Shown: piece after piece, positions 31,767-40,184 of the stretch
Numbering within the stretch: the first letter of the stretch is position 1
How the letters are laid out: each line of letters opens with the position of its first letter
Assembly: GCA_031441465.1 (NCBI GenBank)
Contig: JANOEP010000016.1
Coordinates: 96,001-160,000 of the forward strand
DNA: 64,000 nucleotides
Source: a bacterium
Lineage (GTDB): Bacteria > Krumholzibacteriota > Krumholzibacteriia > LZORAL124-64-63
Reading direction: 5' to 3'
Position numbers and translations under genes: made by a program
The notes under the pieces: model-generated
Told to the model about the DNA's origin: nothing
What the model saw: the letters and a program-made list of their open reading frames with translations, nothing else
Database searches by the model: none

Positions 31767-32007
31767 GCCTCGACCCTCCCGGGTTGGGTCGGCGCGCCCG
31801 ACCGGCGGGCATGATAGCAGCGATCCCGACGTCACGACAGTCCCGAACCAGCCCCGACCCGTCCCGGACAAATCCGCGGTCGACCTCCGAAAAGGCTGTT
31901 GACTTTCCCACACACGCATATAGTTTGACGCAACTCGCGAGGGTGTCGCCGGGATCGGCGTCCACCGGGATCGCGGGTCCGTGCTCGTGCCCAGGGAGGG
32001 ATACCAC

Positions 32008-33375
32008 ATGCGCCGCTGCCCCACGTCCGCCCGCAGCGACCACAGCGTCGACGCCGTCGTGGCCGTCGAGCGAGAGGAGGAGCGCTCCGAGGAGCCTCCT
32101 TCCCCATCCGTCAACGTCGCCGACGTTCAGTTCGCCCCTGAACCGACCACCTTTCCTCCTGGAGCGCCGGGTGGATTTTTTTATCCCCACAAGGGAGCGA
32201 GGGTCGGAGAGCGCACGCGCGAATTCCGCCGGGCCTTCTTCCCCGAGGCGACCAGCGCCGAGTGGAATGACTGGCACTGGCAGCTGCGCAACCGCGTCCG
32301 CACCTTCGAGCAGTTCGACCGCATGCTCTCGCTGTCGCCGGCCGAACGGCTGGCGCTGCAGCGCGACGGTAGCATGCTGCCGGTGGCGGTGACCCCGTAC
32401 TACATGAGCCTGCTCGACCCTGCCAACCCGCAGCAACCCCTGCGGCGCACCGTCGTGCCGACCCAGGCCGAGCACCTGCGCATGCCGGGCGAGGCCGACG
32501 ATCCCCTGGGAGAGGATAGCCACAGCCCGGTGCAGGGCATCGTGCACCGCTACCCGGACCGCGTCCTGTTCCTGGTGCACGACTTCTGCCCCACCTACTG
32601 CCGCTACTGCACCCGGTCGCGCCTGGTGGGCCACGGTGAATATTCGCCGAAGCAGGAGCAACTGGAGGCGCGGATCGACTACATCCGCCGCACGCCGGCG
32701 GTCCGCGACGTGCTGCTGTCGGGCGGCGAGCCCCTGAGCATCGCCGACGACAAGCTGGACTGGATCCTCACGGAGCTGCGCCGCATCCCTCACGTGGAGA
32801 TCGTGCGCATCGGCACCAAGTCGCCCGCGGTGATGCCGCAACGCATCACGCCCGCGCTGGCCAAGATGCTGCGCAAACACCACCCGCTGCTGATGAGCAT
32901 CCACTTCCTGCACCCCGACGAGTGCACGCCGGAGTCGGCGACCGCCTGCGCGCGCCTGGCCGACGCCGGCATCCCGCTCGGCTCGCAGACGGTGCTGCTC
33001 AAGGGCGTCAACGACGACGTCGAGACCATGAAGCGCCTCATGCAGAACCTGCTCATGATGCGCGTGCGCCCGTACTACCTGTACCAGTGCGACCCCATCT
33101 CCGGGTCGTCGCACTTCCGCACGACGGTCGCCAAGGGCCTCGAGATCATCCAGGGCCTGCGCGGCTGGACCACCGGCTACGGGGTGCCGACCTACGTGAT
33201 CGACGCTCCCGGCGGCGGCGGCAAGATCCCCCTGCAGCCGGACTACCTGATCGGCCGCGAGGGAGAGGACGTCGTGCTGCGCAACTTCGAGGGCCGGCAG
33301 TACCGCTACCCCGACCCCCGCGGACGCGGCGCCGCCAAGCTGGAGAAAGCCCGGAGCCCCCGGCGCAAGTCCTGA
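32008..33375 (+). CDS. KamA-family radical SAM/PLP enzyme (lysine 2,3-aminomutase-like)
   Basis: WNDWHWQ, DPLGE, HRYPDR, CPTYCRYCTR (CxxxCxxC), PYYLYQCD, YVIDAPGGGGKIP (PLP lysine); AGGGAGG RBS. Confidence 0.92.
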   Translation: MRRCPTSARSDHSVDAVVAVEREEERSEEPPSPSVNVADVQFAPEPTTFPPGAPGGFFYPHKGARVGERTREFRRAFFPEATSAEWNDWHWQLRNRVRTFEQFDRMLSLSPAERLALQRDGSMLPVAVTPYYMSLLDPANPQQPLRRTVVPTQAEHLRMPGEADDPLGEDSHSPVQGIVHRYPDRVLFLVHDFCPTYCRYCTRSRLVGHGEYSPKQEQLEARIDYIRRTPAVRDVLLSGGEPLSIADDKLDWILTELRRIPHVEIVRIGTKSPAVMPQRITPALAKMLRKHHPLLMSIHFLHPDECTPESATACARLADAGIPLGSQTVLLKGVNDDVETMKRLMQNLLMMRVRPYYLYQCDPISGSSHFRTTVAKGLEIIQGLRGWTTGYGVPTYVIDAPGGGGKIPLQPDYLIGREGEDVVLRNFEGRQYRYPDPRGRGAAKLEKARSPRRKS

Positions 33376-33393
33376 CACCGCAGTCCCGACGGA

Positions 33394-33426
33394 ACCGCGC
33401 CCGGAGGCACGACCTCCGGGCGCGGT
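33394..33426. repeat. Intergenic 14-bp perfect hairpin (REP-like or mRNA stabiliser)
   Basis: ACCGCGCCCGGAGG-CACGA-CCTCCGGGCGCGGT; no U-tract. Confidence 0.6.
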
Positions 33427-33453
33427 CACGGCGCACCAGCCGGGGGAGCCAGC

Positions 33454-34488
33454 ATGCACGTCGGCCTGACCTACGACCTGCGCGACGACTACCTCGCCGC
33501 CGGTTACGGCGAGGAGGAGACCGCGGAGTTCGATCGCATCTCCACGGTCGAGGCGCTCGAGGGGGCCCTGCGCGCGGGCGGCCACCGCACCGAACGCATC
33601 GGCAACGCGGCGCGGCTCGCCCGCCTGCTGACGGTCGGCCGGCGCTGGGATCTCGTGTTCAACATCGCCGAGGGCCTGCACGGCATCGGGCGCGAGGCCC
33701 AGGTGCCGGTCCTGCTCGAGCTGTACGGCATCGCCTACACCTTTGGCGACCCCCTGACGATGTCCCTGACCCTGCACAAGGGCATGACCAAGCGCGTCCT
33801 GCGTGACGCCGGCCTGCCGACGCCCGCGTTCGCCGAGGTGGCGCGGCTCGAGGACCTCGCCGGCGTCGATCTGCCGTACCCGCTGTTCGCCAAGCCGATC
33901 GCCGAGGGCACGGGCAAGGGCGTCGACGGCGCCTCGAAGCTGCGCACGCCGCAGGAGCTGGCCGAGCGCTGCCGGTCGCTGCTGGAGCGGTTTCGCCAGC
34001 CCGTGCTGGTCGAGACGTTCCTGCCGGGGCGCGAACTCACCGTCGGGATCGTGGGCACCGGGGACGAGGCGCGCGTGGTGGGCACCATGGAGGTGGTCCT
34101 GCTGCCGCAGGCTGAGGCCGACGCCTACACCTACGTCAACAAGGAGCGCTGCGAGGAGCTGATCGAGTACCGCTTCCCGGACGCCGCCGCCGATCCCCAA
34201 GTGGCGACGGCCGAGCGCACCGCGCTCGCGGCCTGGCGCGTGCTGGGCTGCCGCGACGCCGGGCGGGTCGACCTGCGGGCCGACGCGAGGGGCGAGCCCC
34301 AGATCATGGAACTCAACCCCCTGGCCGGCCTGCATCCCGAACATTCGGACCTGCCGATGATCGCCACGGCCAGGGGCCTGCCCTACGCCGACCTCATCGA
34401 CATCATCGTCCGGTCGGCCGCGGTGCGCCGCGGCGAAATTCCCCCGCTGCGCGCGGAGCTGCTCCATGCGGATCCTGATCCTGCATAA
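33454..34488 (+). CDS. D-Ala-D-Ala ligase-like ATP-grasp protein 1
   Basis: VFNIAEG, KPIAEGTGKG, ETFLPGRELTV, GRVDLR, ELNPLAG; lacks the canonical GGxSxE N-terminus. Confidence 0.85.
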   Translation: MHVGLTYDLRDDYLAAGYGEEETAEFDRISTVEALEGALRAGGHRTERIGNAARLARLLTVGRRWDLVFNIAEGLHGIGREAQVPVLLELYGIAYTFGDPLTMSLTLHKGMTKRVLRDAGLPTPAFAEVARLEDLAGVDLPYPLFAKPIAEGTGKGVDGASKLRTPQELAERCRSLLERFRQPVLVETFLPGRELTVGIVGTGDEARVVGTMEVVLLPQAEADAYTYVNKERCEELIEYRFPDAAADPQVATAERTALAAWRVLGCRDAGRVDLRADARGEPQIMELNPLAGLHPEHSDLPMIATARGLPYADLIDIIVRSAAVRRGEIPPLRAELLHADPDPA

Positions 34489-35461
34489 CGCGGTCGCCGC
34501 CGACGCGGCGCCCGACGAGCGCGACGTCCTGGACCAGGTCGCGGCGGTCGCGGAAGCCCTCGCGCGCCTGGGCCACGAGCCCGACGCCCTGGGCTGCGAC
34601 CTGGACCTGCCGGAGCTGGGCGACCGCCTCGTCGATGTGCGTCCCGACCTCGTGTTCAACCTCGTGGAGAGCCTGGGCGGCGAGGGCCGCCTCATCCATG
34701 TCGTGCCCGCCCTGCTGGACGCGCTGGGCGTGCGCTACGCCGGCTGCCCGTCCGAGGCCATGTTCACCACCTCGCACAAGATCCTCGCCAAGCAGCTGCT
34801 GGCCGGCGCCGGCCTGCCCACGCCCGCCTGGTACGAGCTGCGCCGCGGCCGGCTCGTCGCCGCCGGCGGCGGCGTTTCGGCGCCCGCGCGCTGCCTGGTG
34901 AAGTCGGTGTGGGAGGACGCGTCCCTGGGCATGGACGACGACGCGGTGGTGGCCGCCGATCCGGCGACCCTGCGCTCGGCCCTCGCGGCGCGAGCCGGCC
35001 GTCCCGGCGCCCCGTGGTTCGCCGAGGCTTTCGTCGACGGCCGCGAGTTCAACCTCTCGGTGCTCGACGGCCCCGACGGCCCGCAGGTGCTGCCGCCGGC
35101 CGAGCTGACCTTCGTCGACTACCCGCCGGACAAGCCGCGCATCGTGGGCTACGCCGCGAAGTGGGACGAGGGCTCCTTCGAGTACTCCCACACCGTGCGC
35201 ACCTTCGACCTCGCGCCCGCCGACGCGCCGCTGCTGGCGCGCCTGCGGGAGCAGGCCCTGGCCTGCTGGGACCTGTTCGGCCTGCGCGGCTGGGCCCGAG
35301 TCGATTTCCGCGTGGACGCCGCCGGCGAGCCTTGGATCCTCGAGGCGAACGCCAATCCCTGCCTGTCCGCGGACGCCGGCTTCCAGGCCGCCGTCGCCCG
35401 CGCGGGCCTGACCTTCGACGACGCGGTCGCGCGCATCCTCGCGGCCGTAACCGGAGCGTGA
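34466..35461 (+). CDS. D-Ala-D-Ala ligase-like ATP-grasp protein 2
   Basis: VFNLVES, KSVWEDASLG, EAFVDGREFN, YAAKW, ARVDFR, EANANPC; overlaps protein 1 by 23 nt. Confidence 0.85.
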   Translation: MRILILHNAVAADAAPDERDVLDQVAAVAEALARLGHEPDALGCDLDLPELGDRLVDVRPDLVFNLVESLGGEGRLIHVVPALLDALGVRYAGCPSEAMFTTSHKILAKQLLAGAGLPTPAWYELRRGRLVAAGGGVSAPARCLVKSVWEDASLGMDDDAVVAADPATLRSALAARAGRPGAPWFAEAFVDGREFNLSVLDGPDGPQVLPPAELTFVDYPPDKPRIVGYAAKWDEGSFEYSHTVRTFDLAPADAPLLARLREQALACWDLFGLRGWARVDFRVDAAGEPWILEANANPCLSADAGFQAAVARAGLTFDDAVARILAAVTGA

Positions 35462-35466
35462 TCGCG

Positions 35467-35970
35467 ATGACGACCCCTACCGAGTTCCGCACCGAGACCC
35501 GCCCGGCCGACGTCGCGGCCGTCCGCGACTTGGCCGCGGCCACCGCCTACTTCTCCCCGTCGGAGGTGGCGATCGCCGCCGAGCTGGTCGAGGAGCGCCT
35601 ACAGAAGGGGCCGGCCAGCGGCTACGAGTTCCTCTACGCCGACGGCGCCGACCGTCTCGAGGGCTACGCCTGCTACGGCCTGATCCCCTGCACACTATCC
35701 AGCTACGACCTCTACTGGATCGCCGTGCAACCCGACACCCAGGGCAGCGGTCTGGGCCGCCGCATCCTGGAGGACTGCGAGCACCGCATCCGCGCCTTCG
35801 GCGGCACGGCCGTCTACGCCGAGACCAGCGGGAAGCCCCAGTACGTCAGCACCCGGAAGTTCTACGAGCGGTGCGGGTACGACACGGGCGCGGTCTTCGC
35901 AGACTTCTACGGGCCCGGGGACGACAAATACGTCTTCGTCAAGAAACTGGGCGTGGTATCCCCGTCGTGA
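35467..35970 (+). CDS. GNAT family N-acetyltransferase
   Basis: YDLYWIAVQPDTQGSGLG (acetyl-CoA motif A), AETSG, FYERCGY, DFYGPGDDK; alternative GTG start at 35458. Confidence 0.88.
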   Translation: MTTPTEFRTETRPADVAAVRDLAAATAYFSPSEVAIAAELVEERLQKGPASGYEFLYADGADRLEGYACYGLIPCTLSSYDLYWIAVQPDTQGSGLGRRILEDCEHRIRAFGGTAVYAETSGKPQYVSTRKFYERCGYDTGAVFADFYGPGDDKYVFVKKLGVVSPS

Positions 35971-36085
35971 CAGGGGACGCGCGCCGGGCACCTCCTGTGC
36001 CCGGCGCGCTTGACCTCCAGGCCCCTTCGCCATCCTGGCTCCGGGGCCTTCCGGACACCCCTGTCACGACGGGGATGACACGCCC
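35949..36085. repeat. Y-shaped inverted-repeat element (MITE/REP-like or structured RNA)
   Basis: 19-bp perfect IR ATCCCCGTCGTGACAGGGG (35958-35976) / CCCCTGTCACGACGGGGAT (36058-36076), extendable by 7 bp, enclosing two hairpins. Confidence 0.65.
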
Positions 36086-36188
36086 GAGACAATAGACGCC
36101 CACGCAGCCGCTTGATACACCTGAACGTCCCCAACTGAAGTATCATGATGCGGGTGGTGGGTTGATTGCACCCTTGGAAGGACGCACG

Positions 36189-38846
36189 ATGAATCTCCGC
36201 CGTAGTATGGTCCTGGTCGCCTTGGTCTGCGCCTGCGCGGCATGGGGTGAGCCGGCGAACGCCGCCGTCGCGGATCTGCCGGACGAGGTGTTCTACCACA
36301 TCATGCCGATCGCTTGGCGGGACGGGAACAACGATGCGCAGCGGTTCGGGGACTTCGGTGGGCTGACGGCGTCGCTGCCGTACCTGCAGGGCCTCGGCGT
36401 GACGGCGATCTGGCTCAACCCGATCTTCCCGTCGCCCGCCTACCACGGCTACCAGCACGGGCCGGCTGATCAGCTCAACCCGTGGTTCGGGAACGAGGCC
36501 CAGCTGGTGTCGTTCCTGGAGGCGGCCCACGCCGCCGGCCTGAAGGTCTTCGTGGACTTCGTGGCCTACGGCATCAGCCGCGACGCGGTCTACTTCCAGG
36601 ACGCCTACGCGAACCCGTCCAGCGTCTACGACACCTGGTTGGCCTTCACCAACGCGGCCAACACGCAGTACCAGGGCTCGACCTTCACCACCTGGAACGG
36701 GGCCACGGTGCGGCAGATCTGGTGGGACCTGCGCGACCCCGGACCGGTTGGACTAGTCACGCAGTGGGCGCAGCACTGGCTCGACCCCGACGCCGACGGC
36801 GACTTCGGCGACGGCCTGGACGGCTACCGCCTCGACCACGTCTGGTCGACCTACCCCAACGGCACCGGTGGCTGGGGCTACCACATCGGCTCGTTCTGGG
36901 CCCCCTGGCGCGCGGCGCTGCGCGCGGTCAACCCCGACGTGGTCGTCTTCGCCGAGCAGGCCGACTGGGGCAGCTACGGCACCGACCTGTTCCCCGGGAT
37001 GGACGCCGCCTTCACCAAGCCCTTCGAGTTCGCCGCCCGCGACGCCCTGAGCTGGGAGGACGCCGGCCCGCTGTACTCGTCGATGTCCGCCACGGTCGCC
37101 GCCCGCGACGCGGCCGCGGTCGAGGGCACCTTCCTCTGCACGATCGGCAACCACGACGTCGGCCGCCTGGCCACCTCGATCGGCGATTCGTTCGCCAAGG
37201 GCAAGGCCGCCGCCGCCGTCCTGCTGACCCAGCCCTTCGCCCCGAACCTGTACTACGGCGACGAGATCGGCATGCGCGGCGCCAAGAACACGGGCTACGC
37301 GGGCGACGCCGCCGACATCCCCATGCGCGAGCCCTTCAAGTGGAACGCCGTGGCCGGCCCGCCGATGAGCAACTACTTCGTGCTGAACGCGGCCGCCTAC
37401 ACGGGGCGCATCTCGCAGAACAACGACGGCCGCAGCGTCGCCGAGCAGCAGGGCGTCTCCGGCTCCCTGCTGGAGGCCTACCGCGGGCTGATCGCCGCCC
37501 GCAGGGCCAGCGTCGCCCTGCGCCGCGGCGGCTACGCGCCGGTGACGGCGAGTGTGGCCTCCGTCTGGTCCTTCGTGCGCGACCACGCGGACCAGCAGGT
37601 CCTGGTCGCGATCAACGTGAGCGGCTCGTCGCGCTCACTCAGTCTGGACCTAGGCGATTTCGCGATCGCCGGCGGCGCGACCACCCCGACGGACCTGCTG
37701 ACCGGCGCGACGCTGCCCGCGCTCACCGACGCCAACAAAGGCGCCTACCCGCTGACTCTCGGCGCCTACGGCTACCGGCTGCTGCAGGTCGCGGTGACCG
37801 CTCCAGAGCCGCCGGCGAGCCTGCTGGACGGCCTCGCCGTGGCGAACCTCGCGCCGCCGCTGGCCCTCCAGGACACGCCGACCAACCTGGGCGACAACGT
37901 CTCGGAGCTGGACCGGCTGTTCGCCCGCGTCGCGGGCGATTCGCTCTTCGTCGGGCTGACCGGCAACCTCGCCACCGACGGAACCGGCCTCTGCCTGCTG
38001 CTGGACACCGCGCCCGGCGGCCAAATGGTCCTGGATCTCGGCGGCGTGCCCGTCCCGCCCAGCGGCCCCGAGCAGCTGACCGGGCTGCGCCTGGACGCGG
38101 GCTTCGCGCCGGACCAGCTGCTGTTCGTCAACGCCTACGCCGGCAACGTCTACGTGGACCAGTACACCCTGCCGGCGGGCGGCGGCGCCGTGAAGACCTA
38201 TCGTGGTGCGGGCGTCGTCGGCAGCGGCGGCGGCCTGCTGGCGGGCGGCGACAACCCCGATGGGATCCAGGTCGCGCTGGACAACCGCAACACCGCCGGC
38301 GTCACCGCGACCAGCGCGGCCGCGGCGGCCACCGCCGTCACCGGCTTCGAGATCTACCTGCCCGCGCTCAGCGTGGGCCTGGTGCCCGGCGAGGGCGCGG
38401 CGCCGCAGCTGGCGGCCTTCCTACTGCGGACCGACGGCGCGGTCACCAACCAGTGGCTGCCCGGACTGGGCGGCACGCTGACGGAGCCCGGCCTCGCACC
38501 GGACCTGGCCGACTACCCCGGCGACCAGTTCGTCGCCCTGCCGGCCGCCACCGCCGTGCCCGACACCGCCCCGTCGGTCTTCGGTCTGCGCGTCGAGCGG
38601 AACGCCGGTGCGGACACCGAGTTCTGGTTCCGCCTGCCCGAGGCCGCGGTCGCCCGCCTGGAGATCATCGATCTGCGCGGCCGCCGCGTGCGCACGCTGC
38701 TGGCCGGACCGGCCGTCGCGGGCGAGCAGATGGTCGCCTGGGACGGCGCCGACGACCGCGGGTCCCGCCAGCCGGGCGGGCTCTACCTGGCCAAGTTGAC
38801 GTCGGAGGGCCGCAGCGAGGTGCGGCGGGCGGTGCTGGTGCGGTGA
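36189..38846 (+). CDS. Secreted GH13 alpha-amylase family protein with FlgD-Ig/T9SS-like C-terminal domain
   Basis: Signal peptide; IWLNP..YHGY, DGYRLD, FAEQ, NHD, YYGDEIG; C-terminal IIDLRGRRVRTL..WDGADD.G..GLY. Confidence 0.9.
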   Translation: MNLRRSMVLVALVCACAAWGEPANAAVADLPDEVFYHIMPIAWRDGNNDAQRFGDFGGLTASLPYLQGLGVTAIWLNPIFPSPAYHGYQHGPADQLNPWFGNEAQLVSFLEAAHAAGLKVFVDFVAYGISRDAVYFQDAYANPSSVYDTWLAFTNAANTQYQGSTFTTWNGATVRQIWWDLRDPGPVGLVTQWAQHWLDPDADGDFGDGLDGYRLDHVWSTYPNGTGGWGYHIGSFWAPWRAALRAVNPDVVVFAEQADWGSYGTDLFPGMDAAFTKPFEFAARDALSWEDAGPLYSSMSATVAARDAAAVEGTFLCTIGNHDVGRLATSIGDSFAKGKAAAAVLLTQPFAPNLYYGDEIGMRGAKNTGYAGDAADIPMREPFKWNAVAGPPMSNYFVLNAAAYTGRISQNNDGRSVAEQQGVSGSLLEAYRGLIAARRASVALRRGGYAPVTASVASVWSFVRDHADQQVLVAINVSGSSRSLSLDLGDFAIAGGATTPTDLLTGATLPALTDANKGAYPLTLGAYGYRLLQVAVTAPEPPASLLDGLAVANLAPPLALQDTPTNLGDNVSELDRLFARVAGDSLFVGLTGNLATDGTGLCLLLDTAPGGQMVLDLGGVPVPPSGPEQLTGLRLDAGFAPDQLLFVNAYAGNVYVDQYTLPAGGGAVKTYRGAGVVGSGGGLLAGGDNPDGIQVALDNRNTAGVTATSAAAAATAVTGFEIYLPALSVGLVPGEGAAPQLAAFLLRTDGAVTNQWLPGLGGTLTEPGLAPDLADYPGDQFVALPAATAVPDTAPSVFGLRVERNAGADTEFWFRLPEAAVARLEIIDLRGRRVRTLLAGPAVAGEQMVAWDGADDRGSRQPGGLYLAKLTSEGRSEVRRAVLVR

Positions 38847-39289
38847 GGCGCTCGTCCCCGCGGTTCGTAAAGTTCTGCGTGGTCGGCGCCACGGGCGTGG
38901 TGGTCAATTCCGGGTCGTTGTGGTTGCTCACACGGCAGGCCGGTCTGGACTACCGCCTGGCCAGCCTCGTCGCCATCGAGCTGGCGATCGCCAACAACTT
39001 CCTCTGGAACGCCCGCTGGACCTTCCGCGCCCGCACGCGCGTCGCCCGCCCCGCGCTGGGGCGCATGTTCCTGAAGTTCAACCTGACCTCCGGGCTGACC
39101 GCGATGGCGGTCAACTGGGGACTGCTGCTCCTGCTGAAGGAAAAGGCGGGGATGGGCGTGGGCGCGGCCAACCTCGTCGGTATCGCGGCCGGCACGGCGG
39201 CCAACTTCCTGCTGAGCCGGGGCTGGGCCTTCCGCTCCGGGTCCGGCAACGCAGAGGACCCGGGTCGCCCCGGGTCCCCGCGCGGATGA
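38843..39289 (+). CDS. GtrA family protein
   Basis: KFCVVGATGVVVN, NNFLWNARWTF, NFLLSRGWAF; GTGA coupling. Confidence 0.88.
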   Translation: MRRSSPRFVKFCVVGATGVVVNSGSLWLLTRQAGLDYRLASLVAIELAIANNFLWNARWTFRARTRVARPALGRMFLKFNLTSGLTAMAVNWGLLLLLKEKAGMGVGAANLVGIAAGTAANFLLSRGWAFRSGSGNAEDPGRPGSPRG

Positions 39290-39318
39290 AGAGCCGGCGC
39301 CGGCCCTCCTCCGTGTAC

Positions 39319-40107
39319 CTACCTGTAGAGCGTCTTCACGGAACCCCAGGACGCGGCCTGTTCGGCGACGGGATCGCCCAGGGAATCGCCGGTCTGGCCG
39401 ATGCGCATGATCAGACCGGCACAGTCCGAGGTCATGCAGCTGGCGCAGGTCATGTCGTTGTGCAGGTCGACCTGCAACGCGAGGCTGCTGCCGCACTGGC
39501 CGTTGGGGCAGGTAGGAGGCCCCACCCGGACGTCGGTGACGCTCAGGAGAGGGCAGACTTCTCCGTGCAGGTGGAAGCCGTGATGCTCGCTCGGCGAGAA
39601 GGCGACCTCGTAGAAGATGTCGAAGAACGAACCGGCATGGGACACGTCGAAGTAGCGTCGCGCGTCACCCTCCGGGAACTCGGGGTGCATGGGCACCAGC
39701 GCGGCGGGCGCGCCGGTGGCGGTCGTGTAGTCGCAGAAGATGTCGAAGAAGCTGTCGGCCGCGAAGGAGGGCCCGCCGATGGCGGTGTCGTAGAAGATGT
39801 CGAAGAAGCTGTCGGCGGCCCAGCTGCCGCCGGGGCCGGTGCTGCTCGAGCAGCTCGCATACATCGGGAGCTGGGAGCCAGTGCCGCTGTCGCAACGATC
39901 CAGGTGCATGAAGTCGCGGCCGACGATGGTGATGATCCCGGAACTCGAGCTGGCGCCGACGGCCATCTCCAGCGAACCGCCGGGGTAGGGGGGCGACGCG
40001 ACGGACACCTCGGTGAAGATGTCGAAGAACGAACTGCCGGCCTGGGCGACTAGGGGCAGCGCGCACAGGGCCGACAGGACGCAGGAGAGCGTGAGCATTC
40101 GACGCAT
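39319..40107 (-). CDS. Secreted Cys-rich protein with four SFFDIF repeats and C-terminal SWGSVKTLYR tag
   Basis: GGAGG RBS; signal peptide ending AQA; repeats and tag read directly from the translation. Confidence 0.8.
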   Translation of the reverse strand: MRRMLTLSCVLSALCALPLVAQAGSSFFDIFTEVSVASPPYPGGSLEMAVGASSSSGIITIVGRDFMHLDRCDSGTGSQLPMYASCSSSTGPGGSWAADSFFDIFYDTAIGGPSFAADSFFDIFCDYTTATGAPAALVPMHPEFPEGDARRYFDVSHAGSFFDIFYEVAFSPSEHHGFHLHGEVCPLLSVTDVRVGPPTCPNGQCGSSLALQVDLHNDMTCASCMTSDCAGLIMRIGQTGDSLGDPVAEQAASWGSVKTLYR

Positions 40108-40184
40108 AGCGGCCTCCGGAGATGGTGGAAACTGTTCCGAACCTCCTCTGAGTCTAAATGAAAATAAGACTTATATCCACTTAA

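Noticed and set aside
33454..35461. Ddl-like pair as van-type glycopeptide resistance or housekeeping ddl
   Set aside because: No vanH/X/R/S or mur/fts context, and the canonical Ddl N-terminal motif is missing
39613..40029. Repeated GAAGATGTCGAAGAA as a CRISPR or DGR template/variable repeat
   Set aside because: Irregular spacing, in-frame SFFDIF coding repeats, no adenine-specific variation and no reverse transcriptase
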